NCBI GenBank assembly: GCA_030141605.1
Contig: JAQGDQ010000790.1
Coordinates: forward strand, 1-64,000
DNA: 64,000 bases
From: Tubiluchus corallicola
Taxonomy: Eukaryota > Animalia > Priapulida
Reading direction: 5' to 3'
The position numbers and the translations under genes were made by a program. Of this stretch, positions 1 through 12,802 are shown piece after piece; the first letter of the stretch is position 1; every line of letters begins with the position of its first letter. The notes beneath the pieces are model-generated. The model did not search any database, was not told the origin of the DNA, and was given only the letters and a program-made list of their open reading frames with translations.

Positions 1-1184
1 ATTCAAGACTTCAAGATATCTAAAGATAAAAATGTAAAATTTTCATGACTTATTTAGTAGGTTACACACTGGTAGTGCAAATTACAATCTTATAATACAA
101 TAATAATTGATATAAACTTTCACACACATGTACAAGGGAAAATTATTGTACATTATGTTAATGCAATGCAATGCTAGTAGCAGGCAATAGATTCTCAAAT
201 TAGGATTGCAAGATTTAACCAAAATTATAACGATTTAACTGCAGTACTATGTCCCTATTTTGACCTTTACTTAATAATTAGAGTTTTTCTTTTAGTTTAA
301 CTTTTAGATCTACTTAAGACATAAGGATTTACTTCTTTGAAACTTGTATTACATCAACTTACCAGGTAAACGTCAATTTATTAATACGTCCACCTCGAAG
401 CAGTAATAAGGATTAGACTTTCGGACTTACATAATACGATTACACCTACATTATGTTCGAGATGATCCGTCAACGTATGGTCTTCAAAAACTTTTGCTTT
501 TGGTGTTTGCTTTTTACAAAATAGACGTCATTCCTTGACTTTCGCAGTCTCACAACAAATAGCGTTTCCACTACGGGATATCTTTTATGACTACCAGTTT
601 CAAAGTTTATATAAAGATTTTTCACATTACCTATCCAGAACGTGCGTTTCCTTAAAATTAAATTAAATTTGTTGAAGGTCTATCATTGACTAATCAAATA
701 ATTTATAATTAATACAGGAAAATGCCATGTTGCAGCTTTAATAATGATGTATTATTACTATGACAGAAGTTATTCTAAAATATTGTGAAAGTTGAATAAA
801 ACAGCAGTGTACATTGAAAGGTACGTACATAGACCCAGTTATTATTACCAGAATTCTCAAGTACTGCTGATTGCTTTGTTTAAATGAGAGAACGAAATAG
901 TAACTTAACATAATGTGCTTTCGCGCTTGTGCAGTACACCCTCTACCAAATGGCACACTCACATTTTTTTAATGTACAGTAAGAGAACTCCAAGGCGCCT
1001 AGTTTTCCATTTTTGTTAAGTTAAAAAGCTTTCAGTCTCTGTTCATATGACATGTGTTCTGAGCCTTTTACTTTCTTGGCAAATCTAAGTTGTGCGAAAG
1101 TCATTACTAACAAAAGTCGTTATCTTTTTTCAGTTTTTCTCACAATCTCAGCACTTATTTGATACGTGTAATTTAATCCAAATC

Positions 1185-1214
1185 ATGGGAGGTTGGAAAT
1201 TGGAAGTATTTAAG
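1185..1214 (+). CDS. PET100: PET100 (cytochrome c oxidase assembly chaperone), coding exon 1
   Basis: ATG GGA GGT TGG AAA TTG GAA GTA TTT AAG|gt = MGGWKLEVFK, like the PET100 N-terminus MGxKLEIFR; phase 0 donor. Confidence 0.9.
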
Positions 1215-1464
1215 GTGGTTTAAATTTTTACTTGTTTTAATTAAGAGAATTAATGGTAGTGCAATATTGTCATTAGTAGAGAATCAACAACTAAAATTCT
1301 CGTTTATTGTTGCCGTGGTACATGCGCTAAAATTTTTGGCACAGTAGTTTTTAGTTTGCACTGGACGCATTTGCCTTTAACAGTTGTGTGAATTTTATTC
1401 TCATGCTGCGATGTTCTTTTATGTTTTTATAGTTGTGAATATCGATTTTTTATGGCAAATAAAG

Positions 1465-1499
<35 letters not shown>

Positions 1500-2102
1500 T
1501 CTTAATTTATTTATTTAATGCTAGTTGGACATACCTAATTGCATCATGTACCAATCAAATTTGAATGAAGTTTTGAAATTAAAGTTAAAAGTTCTGAAGA
1601 ACACTCGTTTTGTTTTTTGTTAAGAGAATGTAAATTCTTTTCCTAATATTCAGAAACATTTTTGTATATTCTTTTAAAAAACTCAGTTTTGAAGGGCTGA
1701 CTACAAAGTCACTAGTTTTTAAAGAGGCATATACATCATGCTATAAAAAATAAAGATTCATCACCTCTGACAGAATTTATCAAAAATATGAAATTTAGGG
1801 TCAGTATTGATTTTGTGTTTAAGCATTTTGATTGTAAATTTTGCATGAATAAAAAATGTGTTAAGGTAATTAAGTAAGTAAGTAAGTATCTTTATTTATC
1901 ACCTTTTTTGCAAGAAAAACACAGAGCATGAAACGATAATATGATACAAAGTGACAAGATTATTAAATGAATAAATTATCTGAGTTAATGATGTTCAAGT
2001 GATTGGTGACAGGGTGGTGAAAAGGAATGTCAATCTATGCAAAAATGGTTTACTTTTCCTTTAAATTACATTATTAATGTTATTTATGGTGTCACGTTTC
2101 AG

Positions 2103-2189
2103 ATGGTGGTTTACATGTCTTTTCCTGTAGCAACTTTTTGGTATTTTAATCAACCTGAATATTTTGAAAGCTGGATAATAAAAATGCGA
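2103..2189 (+). CDS. PET100: PET100 coding exon 2
   Basis: tttcag| MVVYMSFPVATFWYFNQPEYFESWIIKMR |gtaagt; carries the YxxFPVxxFxxxNQxExFE family motif and a hydrophobic helix. Confidence 0.95.
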
Positions 2190-3487
2190 GTAAGTACAAT
2201 ATAATTTATATACTTTGTGTTTACACTAATAAAAATTGTCCTATATTTAACATGCTGATTCATTGAGTTTAATTATCGTATCGACACAAAGTGCCATTTT
2301 CAAAGATAAAATCAAGACAAAAGAAATAGCCAAGTACATTCAGTAAGTTAACATGCTAATACCTATAGGCTACTTGTGTGTCCCCGTGTTTGTTATTTAT
2401 ATTATTTATTGAGCTCTTACAATTTATAATTTATGAATGAAGTTAGGCAATCCCGAGCTTGGTCAGTAATTAGATAGGGCAGCCACTTAGAAGACTACTT
2501 CCAGGTGGTCTCATCTAGTCAGCAGTAAGTAAGTAAATAAGTAACTATTTTATTTATTGCCTATATACAATATTTTCAATACGTGAATCAATGCTGTTAG
2601 TTTATAAGAAAAATCAGAGCAAAATGGCATGAAGGTTAATCATTATACAAAAATTAATACCGAGTTGATTAGCGAAAAGGTAGCAAAAACTAAATACTAT
2701 CAAGGTCAACCACCCTATTAGATAGGTAGCTATCAGTTAGTAGTTAAGTGTGTAACTGTAAGGAAAAATCCATCAAAATCCTTGAAATTTCAGGTTATCC
2801 TGGAAAGTCATGGAAAAGTCAGGGAAAAAGATAATTTGATAAAAAGTCAGGGAAAATGATGAAAATGGGGCAAAAAGTCAGGGAAATTGGAAAGAGTTGC
2901 AAAAATAATCACCGTGAGCTGATATTTTTCCAAACACATTTTTCACCGATTTATGTTCAATTAAAATTTTGCTAAGGCGGACGTCCAGTTTCGATTTCTG
3001 TTTCAAAACTAATGATTGGATTAAGAAAGTTTATTCAATGTGATTAGTGTAATTTCATTAGCACTACTGCAACACATTATATATATATATATTATAAAAT
3101 GTTTGAATGTGTATACTGATAATGCAATTTCTGCTTATCTTGGTCTGGAAAATCAATATTTGATCAGGGAAATGTCACAGACAAGTGAGGGAAATTTATT
3201 TTAAAATTCCGTGGGAACCCTCTGTCAGTAGGTATTACTTTAATAAACATAACTGGCTTTATCTATGAAACACTATTTAATTTACTTTTAAGCCTGAGTT
3301 AATTACATTTGAGATTTGCAAAAGTGGACAAAATGAAGTTGAAAAACTTCCCATCATTGTGCCCGGCTGTTTACCTCTTTGTAAATGTGTGCACGCTGGA
3401 AATGTCAATTCCGATGTCTTAGAAACTTAGTTTTGCGCTAGGTTCCAGTTCTACTACAGTCATCTACATTCAAAATTTTTCTTTCAG

Positions 3488-3520
3488 AGAGAGTTATACC
3501 CTCCGGAAGATAAACTAGCG
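3488..3520 (+). CDS. PET100: PET100 coding exon 3
   Basis: tttcag| RELYPPEDKLA |gtgagt; matches the RELWPPE motif; phase 0/0. Confidence 0.92.
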
Positions 3521-4365
3521 GTGAGTTTTTTGTTGAGCAGGGCTAGTGATAACAAGCTTAATGTCGCTTAACCAATGGTGGCTCGTGTATAGGTACTGTG
3601 GTACTGCAGTACCCCGTTTTCACTCATTATTATTCATAATATTCAATTTAATAAGTCTTTTTTCTTTAGTTCTTTCTTTATACTTGTACGTAACTGGAGC
3701 ACGTGAGGGTAGTACTGTTTGCTTTACAGCCCAACACTGTGGTGTGTTTGGCTATTATACGCGTGCGGCCATGTTCACACCTCTGAGACAAAACGCTGTA
3801 CTTTCAGGTAGAAAGAGTGCTGTCACTCTACCTTACACAGTATTAAAACAATGGCTAAACATTTTCTAAAGCAGCACCCCCAGTAATTTTAACTACGGAG
3901 CCGCCAGTGCTTTTAACTAATTCTTGCGTGCTTCGTTTGGTCTGCGCTTTCTGTTGGGTCAACTAATAATTGTTTGTTTACGGTATTGTAATAGTATAAA
4001 AGACAGTTATTGGTTGCACACTGCACTTTATACCAGTTTGTGAGTCGGACCTTTCTGATGAGTGTTACACAGATTTTGCTGTTGCCATCACATTTTGAAT
4101 AATTACGGAACGTTGTGGCGTATTTAAATGATGAATGCAATCTGGTAACAATTTTGGCATGCAGTTAAGTTTACAATTTATAATAAAGTAGAAACATGGT
4201 ATTTTAGCACTTCAATGCCACATACAATTTTGCAGTCAGTCTGTCTGAAATATTAGAGACAAATGTTAGACGTCCCAAATATCAGTAGATGACAAGGTTC
4301 CCATTTTCTGATTTTTATCGGCTTTGCGATCCATTTTTTTACAATAGTCTGACTGCTAGTAGTAA

Positions 4366-4944
4366 GCTTTTTCACAGTTCCAGCAATTGATGGTGATCAT
4401 AAAAAGGTTAAAGGTTAAGTGTTCCAGAAGGAATGATCTTTTCTTGTATTTGTTTACTCTCTTTCATTGCTGTTTACTGTTGATGTGATAACACGGCTGC
4501 GCAAGATATGTTACACCACTTGTGTACCTTGATATTATATTGTTATATCTTGGCAGACAAAACAAGCCTTCAGTTAGCTGCCTCTTCACAGTTCCAATGA
4601 TTGATGACGTTCGTGAAAAGGTCAAAGGTTAAGTGTACCAGACAATGCTTTTGTGTACACTTGACAATGCTTCACAACCCATGCTGTTGTAATTGTAACA
4701 GTTTTCACAGCTAGCTAGAACCTTACCAAGTTCAGTTTTTCTTGCTTCGAGGCAAGATCCTGCTAGTATACACAGACTAATACATAATTGTATAAAGTCA
4801 ATGCAAAACAGCTAAAGTTACTGAACTGATGTGGCAGACGGCTTTGCCATACCCACATGTCAGGTGATGGTTGTAGTTGCTGTGGTACACTTAACCTTTG
4901 ACCTACAGCAAGTGTGCGTGCGCATCATGAAACTGTGAAAAAGC
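4366..4944. mobile_element. Harbinger-like MITE family (GCTTTTTCACAGTT termini)
   Basis: TIR GCTTTTTCACAGTT; AAAGGTCAAAGGTTAAGTGT core recurs at about 4610, 9945, 28285 and 28838. Confidence 0.7.
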
Positions 4945-5069
4945 TTATTTAAGTAATAATAATAGTAATAATGACGTTCATTAGTGACTCCAGTATTTTA
5001 ACCTTTTGGGCTTTAATATTATGCAAATGCAAAAGTGGCAATCTTTATAATGACTCTTTTACATTTCAG

Positions 5070-5165
5070 CATGCAGAAATTAAGAAAGCGATTGAGGAGC
5101 ACAATAAAAAACAGGAAGAGGAGCTCTTGAAGTTCTTACAGAGTGAGGAGAAGGGCGGGAAATAA
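5070..5165 (+). CDS. PET100: PET100 coding exon 4 (last)
   Basis: tttcag| HAEIKKAIEEHNKKQEEELLKFLQSEEKGGK*; charged helical C-terminus; joined protein is 81 aa. Confidence 0.88.
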   Translation, partial: HAEIKKAIEEHNKKQEEELLKFLQSEEKGGK

Positions 5166-5624
5166 TGCAATTAATGATGATTAGTGATGTAGATACGAAC
5201 TAGGTGGCGTTTTTGTATATATTTTATATAGATTTTCATTTAGACGTGATGTTTGTATCATGTTTACAGAGTGTTATGATTTGAATACAAGGTTCTTCAA
5301 AAATTGCACTTGTGGAATTTTGATTATGAAGTAACAGTAAGTAAATTCCTGGCCCAATAGGTCATAGCTGTCAAAATGGCTCCAAATCCATCTCTGTAGT
5401 AGGGCTGTAATGATGCGCCTAGGTCACGATACGATACATGTCACGATGTTAACCTCATGATATGATACATGTCACGATATGATATGTGTCACGATACACA
5501 TTGAGTTAACATTTGCAAGCTTTAATATAAAACTAGATTAAGTTGTTGCTTAATCTGATATATACATATTATTATTTATTAGATTGCAGAGTGCTAAAAT
5601 AATTCAGCAAACTGTTTTATTTCT

Positions 5625-6031
5625 GTGCTCATTTAAATGGTGCACATTTAGGCTGTGCTCATTTAAGTGGTGCACATTTAGGCAGTGCTCATTTAAGTGG
5701 TGCACATTTAGGCAGTGCTCATTCAAGTGGTGCACATTTAGGCAGTGCTCATTCAAGTTGTGCACATTTAGGCGGTGCTCGTTTAAGTGGTACACATTTA
5801 GGTGTAGGTTAAGTGGTGCACATTTAAGCTGTGCTCATTTAAATGGTGCACATTTAGGCTGTGTTCATTTAAGTGGTGCACATTTAGGCTGTGCTCATTT
5901 AAGTGGTGCACATTTAGGTGGTGCTCATTCAAGTGGTGCACATTAGGCGATGCTCATTTAAGTGGTGCACATTTAGGCTGTGCTCATCTAAGTGGTGCAC
6001 ATTTAAACTGTGCTCGTTTAAGTGGTGCACA
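5625..6031. repeat. 30-bp (2 x 15) minisatellite, about 13 copies
   Basis: Unit TTAGGCTGTGCTCATTTAAGTGGTGCACAT; lies between hAT-like ends TAGGGCT (5400) and AGCCCTA (6602). Confidence 0.95.
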
Positions 6032-6948
6032 TATGTCAATTGCAAAAATGGCCGCAGTTGCAAGGTTTGTTCCAATGGTCATTTTAGTTTGTTACATGTT
6101 TATGCCAAAAAGGGACAATTACAAAAACAAATGAACATCAGTTTTACAGTTTCATAATTTAATGATCGTAGAGCATAATTTCTGTCATCCGTGAATGAAA
6201 ACACCAAAATAGAGATCAAATTTTAACTTCCAGAACCAATTAAACGATAAAAAAGAAGAGTCAAATGCATAGACTTAAATGCCACGCTTGCGCGCAGAGA
6301 AACTGCTAGTCTCGTTCAGTGAGGCAACAATGGCCGCCATGTTTTAATACAAATTCTATGATCTGTTGTATGGACACCATGTTGTACAAAACAAAAATGC
6401 ATTTTGTTAGACAAAAACACACTTTTGAACAACTATTTGATATGCAGGCTGTCTGTGTGCATGGCATTTAAATCTATGGTTTAATGTAACAGCAAGACAT
6501 AACCTTACATTTTTCACAATTCCAAAAAATAAAATTTCAACATCCAGGCCCCACTAACCGATATAATATAATAGTTCAATATATCGGTAATACATAGCCC
6601 TAGATCCCTCTCAGAGACAATTAATAAATGGAGAATGCACGATAGTTTTCATAAAAATATTTAAATACTCTAAGTTAGATATAAAACATACGTAGCACCT
6701 TGTTACAAGGCAAAAATATAAAGCCGAGAAAATCGTATGCATGTTCTACTAGTAATCATGACATCTTAAGTTAAGCATTTCTTGACCGTATGCAAGTTTT
6801 ACTAATAATGGTGACATCTTAAGTTAAAGAGTGTTTGACCAAGTACATTTGATTGTAATGAAATACATTAGATTTAAAATTCTCTGTAAATTAAAAAAGA
6901 AATCTGACATTTTCTATCTCCCTGGTGAATTACAAGAGCCTGCTGATT

Positions 6949-7352
6949 GATGACAATGATTGCAATAAGCTATGACAATGATTGCAATAACCTATGACAA
7001 TGGTTGCAATAGGCTATGACAATGATTGCAATAACCTATGACAATGATTGCAATAACCTATGACAATGGTTGCAATAACCTATGACAATGGTTGCAATAA
7101 GCTATGACAATGGTTGCAATAAGCTATGACAATTATTGCAATAGCCTATGACAATGATTGCAATAAGCTATGACAACGATTGCAATAACCTATGACAATG
7201 GTAGCAAAAATCTATGACAATGATTGCAATAACCTATGACAATGATTGCAATAAGCTATGATAACGATCGCAACAACCTATGACAATTGTTGCAATATGC
7301 TATGACGATGATTGCGATAAGCTATGCCAATGATTGCAAACAGCTATGACAT
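6949..7352. repeat. 22-bp minisatellite, about 18 copies
   Basis: Unit TATGACAATGATTGCAATAA(C/G)C. Confidence 0.95.
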
Positions 7353-8269
7353 TACAAGATCCTGCAAACCAAAACTAAATCATTAAGCTATGAATCCTGA
7401 AAAATTGCAACACTATGGGTTTGTGCTAAACCGTAGCCCTCAAAATTTTGAGACTATAGGCTTAGTAGGTTTTTGTCTGCGACGCATTAGATTTATACCT
7501 GCTTTTAAATGTCTCGTGATTTTGATTGGTTGAGAAAGAAGAGGTAAACGCAGACAACATAATTATGGTACCAAATGTGTCCATTTTTATAATTGCATTC
7601 CCACAGTAGTGTTAAATTAAGTAATGCGTTCACACTTCTCAAAAATATAATTTTAGGCAACAATGACAAAGATCTCTGATAGCATAAAATAGATATACGT
7701 AACTAGACTAAAGACCGTGTAACAACAATAAAAATCTTACTAAGCACCTAAATAAAAGGCAGTTAAATTGAATGCTTGGCATCAGCCTCTATTCCACGAT
7801 TATTTGGAGGAAAACATAAAATGGTTCAACTGTCAATAAAAATTAAATAATTTTCCGATAACAAAAGTGATTTTCTATAGTATGTAATTATAGCTACGTT
7901 GTTCACAAAAACACACTTATTGCTGTAAGCTAAACTATCAGTCATCCAATGAGGTAGCCAATATTGCTTCACACTACTGGTACCACAAAAAAATCAATAA
8001 TTTTTACATTGTGCATAATATTTCAACAAGGATAACTGCAATTATACTAAAGACTAACTCAGTAGCTAAAAGTGGGTGACATCACGGCACCTGTTGCATG
8101 AAAAACAACGTGCACCGAATTGTAGTTGCACCATGGCGCATGTAGTGAATAAACAAAAACAAAACACATCTATGATATTGGTTGCCATTGAAACTCACGG
8201 CTCATAAACTCTACGTCCTCACAAGTAATGCAGAATAAATCAGCAGAAATTGTCATTACTAATCTAAAG

Positions 8270-9128
8270 AAAAAACTAGTAACACCATTGAAACACTAAT
8301 AACACCATAGAAGCAAAGGTAACACCACTGAAACAATAGTAACACCATTGAAACACTAGTAACACCATAGAAGCAATAATAACACCATTGAAACAATGGT
8401 AATACCGTTGAAGCAATAGTAACACCATTGAAACAATAGTAACACCATTGAAGCAATAGTAACACAATTTAAACAATAGTAACACCATTGAAACAATAGT
8501 AACACCACTGAAACAATAGTAACACTGCTGAAACACTAGTAATACCATAGAAGCAATAGTAACACCATTGAAACATGAGTAATACCGTTGAAACAATAGT
8601 AACACCATTGAAGCAACAGTAACACCACTGAAACACTATTAACACCATTGAAACACTAGTAACACTATAGAAGCAATAGTAACACCATTGAAACAATGGT
8701 AATACCGTTGAAACAATAGTAACACCATTGAAACAATAGTAACACCACTGAAACAATAGTAACACCGTTGAAACAATAGTAACACCATTGAAACAATAGT
8801 AACACCATAGAAGCAATAGTAACACCATTGAACCAACAGTAACCTCGCTGAAACACTAGTAACACCATTGAAACACCAGTAACACCGTTGAAACTATAGT
8901 AATACCGTTGAAACAATAGTAACACCATTGAAACAATAGTAACACAATTAAAGCAACAGTAACACCATTGAAACACTGGTAACACCATTGATGCAACAGT
9001 AACACCGTTGAAACACTAGCAACACCATTGAAACACTAGTAACACCATTGAAGCAACAGTAACATCGCTGAAACACTAGTAACGCCATTGAAACACTAGT
9101 AACACAATTGAAACAACAGTAACACCGC
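8270..9128. repeat. 20-bp minisatellite, about 43 copies
   Basis: Unit AACACCATTGAAACAATAGT. Confidence 0.97.
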
Positions 9129-9695
9129 TGTGTTGACTGCGTTTTGTGTTAAAAATAATGATTGCATTTCAAAAATTTTCTAGCTACTGAATTTGTCTTT
9201 AAGTAGCGCAACTCCCACGGTATTAGTCACATAAATGTTTTTCCTTGCTAAATTTTGACAACAATAACTACTTTGAATTCTACGAGGCTTAAGACTCCAC
9301 AAATTTTTTTCCAAAACTCACAAATCTATTGCCAAAATATTTTTCTGAAACGCAAGTGGAAATCGTAAGTTTTCTAGTAATACAAAATGTACTTTTTATC
9401 TTAAATAAATACAGTTGCAAAAGTTTGCTTTGGTTTTCTATTATGGTGAGTCTACTCGGCATACACACACAAAATGGAGGACAATTTTCTTTTCGTATTT
9501 TGTAGGTAAATAAAAATGTAAACAAGAAAACGTAAATGAATCTGAATTTCAATGAAATTGGGACATTCTGGAAAATTTCAAGACCTAGTCTATGGATATG
9601 GTAACATCTTCCCGCACATCCTTATGGTACTGATCCGGAAGACTATTGCACTGCAGGTGTATTTCAGGAATCTTCCTTTGAATATTTCCGCCCGA

Positions 9696-9722
9696 TTACG
9701 TGTACATCGTCATTTCCACCCA
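9696..9722 (-). CDS. Calpain exon 18 (last coding exon)
   Basis: ttttag|TGG GTG GAA ATG ACG ATG TAC ACG TAA = WVEMTMYT*, matching the calpain C-terminal WxxxTMYx. Confidence 0.93.
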   Translation of the reverse strand, partial: WVEMTMYT

Positions 9723-9906
9723 CTAAAATAATCATAGAGATAAATCTTCAGTCTTTACAGAAAAGTCAAAAGAAGGCGGCAAAAAATCAAAAGTTTTAGC
9801 AGCGCTGAAATTGCATTTAGTTTTCTTTCCTGCATCTACGATTTAGTGCGAAATAAAAAAAACATGCATTAAGACATGCGCTGCGCAAAGTAAAATACAG
9901 CAATCA

Positions 9907-10358
9907 GCTTTTCATAGTTCCAGCGATTGATGATGTTTGTGAAAAGGTCAAAGGTTAAGTGTGCCAGACAACATATTTGTGTACACTTGACAATGTTTCG
10001 CAGCCCATGCTATTGTAACAATAAGTTACAGTCAAAAGTTAAGTGCACCACAGCAACACATCTTAACTACACTTGACGTGTAGGTAAAGCAAAGCTGTTG
10101 CTCGCATCAGCTCGGTATCTTCAGTTACTTTACGTGAACTTTACTCAATTATGCATCAGTCTGTGTGTGGAGTGATTTACTAGCAGGATTTTGGTTAGGA
10201 ACAAGAAAAAATGAACTAGGTAAAGTTCTAGCTAGCTATTAAAACTGTTACTGTTACAATAGCATGAGGCGTTGTCAAATGTAGGCAAATGCATTGTGTG
10301 ATACACTTAACCTTTGACCTTTTCACGATCATCATCAATCGCTGAAATTGTGGAAGGC
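9907..10358. mobile_element. Same MITE family with long TIRs, in the last calpain intron
   Basis: Imperfect terminal inverted repeats of more than 60 bp. Confidence 0.75.
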
Positions 10359-10669
10359 TGATTAAAATTTGGTTCAATGCACATTTTTTGTTCGTAAAAG
10401 TGAGTATCCAAAAAGGTATTGGTGAACTTTAACCTGACATGATATGTTTGTGAAATTCATCATAAAGTGACAGTCATTTATTTCAGTTCTTGTAAGATTT
10501 GTCCATCTGTCCATTTAAATGCTGCCAAGATGATCGAGAGTCGATTGCAAACCAACAGTTATGCATTAAAGTGAGCAATTGGGGAGAGGTCATTAAAGGT
10601 CACCCAATCTTGACCTTCAACCCGTGACCTAGGACCTGATTTTTCAAATCTATCCGTAGAAATACTTAC

Positions 10670-10713
10670 ATCATTCAGATCAACGTCATTCTTCTTCATC
10701 TTGTTGAACTTAT
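10670..10713 (-). CDS. Calpain exon 17 (EF5, short)
   Basis: long pyrimidine tract, tttcag|DKFNKMKKNDVDLND|gtaagt; 44 nt, phase 1 to 0. Confidence 0.88.
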
Positions 10714-10861
10714 CTGAAAGAAGGAGAAGGAAGAATGAAGAACAAGGAAGAGTGTATCAGATTCCGTAGGTAGAGTTTTCTTAGCACAAAGAGAAAATAA
10801 AAATTTTATTAAACAGGAATATTTCAAGAATTATGTAATTAGAAAAGAAAAATTCTTAATA

Positions 10862-11933
10862 CAGTAAACTACATATACGGTAGTACCTCTGTTTTCGACC
10901 ATAATTCAGTTCGAAAAAGTGTTTGAAAACCGATTTGGTTGAGTACCGAATCATTTATTCTCATAAGAAATAATGTAAAAGCAAATAATCCGTTCTCCAA
11001 GAACCAAATGAACTGTAAGTATTACTAAAACGAAATATAATAATGCAAAAATGTTTATTCAAACAGTTGATATGATATAAGAAAAACTTAATAGAATTAC
11101 TTAGAAAGAAAAACATAATTGTTCCTGCATGAAAAAGCGGAGAAAAATAAGCGTAGAAATTAGCGATGTTAGGCAATTCAAATGTTGTGCGTGACTACTC
11201 TCGAGCGAGGTCGGTTACGCTCGGCTCTACTCGGCTCGCCGCGCATGTGTTCATTACGTGTTTGGCGGTTGGTCGAGTACCGAAATTCTGGTTGAAAGCG
11301 GAGACAATTTCAGCTCGAATTTTCTGGTCGAAAACTGATTTGTACGAGTACTGAGACGTTAGACAATGGAGGTATGACTGTAACTCGAACTCTTGCGTAT
11401 CTCAAACAGATCCCAAGGAACGGATTTTCCCTGTTGTTTTTCCCTTTACCAAACATCGCGTAACTCGAAATCTCTAACTCAAATTATCGCGTAACTCAAG
11501 CCGAATTCGCGGTACAATTTATAAGAATTTAATTAAAATTACCCCGCCTATCTCGAACAATCTTTCAAGCAAGAAATTCTACATTACAGCGCGCACCACA
11601 TTACAATTTTAACTGCTAGTTTCTGCAAAAATGCGAAGATTTTTTGTTCTACCTTGGCAGAATGCCGCACACAACATTGTTTAACGAACGTAGATTAACC
11701 TTGCTAGTCAAATTACAATAGAAATTGACCAGCTATTTTATTTTTGATTATTCATAAAAAAAATTGTTGTTTGATGTTTGATTAAAACCTCATTCTGACA
11801 TTTTCACAGGCTGTAATGTTATTAGCGTATTGTTCAAAGTTAACGATTGACTCATTCCCGTTTTCTTAGGAACACTCGAACTTTCAAATAACTCAAACAA
11901 ATTTTCCACTCCCGAGGTGTTCAAATTAAACTG
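10862..11933. mobile_element. Pogo/Tigger-like MITE with a second Tigger-like MITE (10878-11380) nested in its left TIR
   Basis: TA flanks; removing the insert restores CAGTAAACTACATATAACTCGAAC, matching the TIR of the related copy ending near 30810; inner TIR CGGTAGTACCTC / CAGTCATACCTC. Confidence 0.7.
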
Positions 11934-12000
11934 TAAAACCTAATAATAGGTCTTATAAAACCTATTTTGACTGGTGCAGTCCCGAAGGAGTATTAAAGAA

Positions 12001-12229
12001 GCCAAGTACAAGTGCAAGGAAACCAAGTACAAGGAAGCCAGATTGAACATACCAAGTACAAGGAAGCCAAGTACAAGTACAAGGAAGCCAGATTGAACAT
12101 ACCAAGTACAAGGAAGTCAAGTACAAGGAAGCCAAATACAAGGAAGCCAACATACCAAGTACAAGGAAGTCAAGTACAAGGAAGCCAAATACAAGGAAGC
12201 CAAGTACAAGGAAGCCAGATTGAACATAC
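12001..12229. repeat. 15-bp minisatellite abutting the exon 16 donor
   Basis: Unit CAAGGAAGCCAAGTA interspersed with copies of GATTGAACATACC. Confidence 0.9.
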
Positions 12230-12346
12230 CTATCATACTCTTCAGCTTAACGGCACAGATGACGAAGTCGTCGAAATTGATGATGTTCTGTTTGTTGCCG
12301 TAGCGCAGTACTAACATTTGGTATACCCTCGTGCTGAGACGATATC
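12230..12346 (-). CDS. Calpain exon 16 (EF4)
   Basis: atctag|GYRLSTRVYQMLVLRYGNKQNIINFDDFVICAVKLKSMI|gtatgt; 117 nt. Confidence 0.95.
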
Positions 12347-12736
12347 CTAGATAAACACGAAACAACCAATACTAATTAACCAATCAAGTAACACATTAGA
12401 CAAATGACATTTTTTAAAGTTACATCCAGTGCAGCATTACAGAGGTTACAAAGAAGTCTTTTAATTAGGTAATGAGACAAACTTGTTGTTCTAAGATTGT
12501 AACAAAGAACAGAAGCAGCAACAACAAACAACAAGTTTCAACAACAACAGCGACGACAACAACAAGAACAAGTTCAACAACAACAACAGCAGCAGCAGCA
12601 ACAACAACAGCAACAATAATTCAATAGCTCAAAACAAATGTTCAATTGTTCTGACGTAATTATTACATAACGACAATTTTATTTTAAGGACTGTGTGAAA
12701 TTGAAACAAATGATGTTTCATCAATACGCTTGGTAG

Positions 12737-12757
12737 GGGAGAGAGAGAGAGAGAGAA

Positions 12758-12802
<45 letters not shown>

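Noticed and set aside
335-605. Assignment as RNase MRP/P RNA because of GAAAGTC after a hairpin
   Set aside because: No room for P2 and no clear CR-IV/CR-V; kept only as an unclassified structured candidate.
5584-6157. ORF resembling a pentapeptide-repeat protein (AHLSG/AHLGC)
   Set aside because: By-product of a 15/30-bp minisatellite; the frame switches within the array and there is no gene context.
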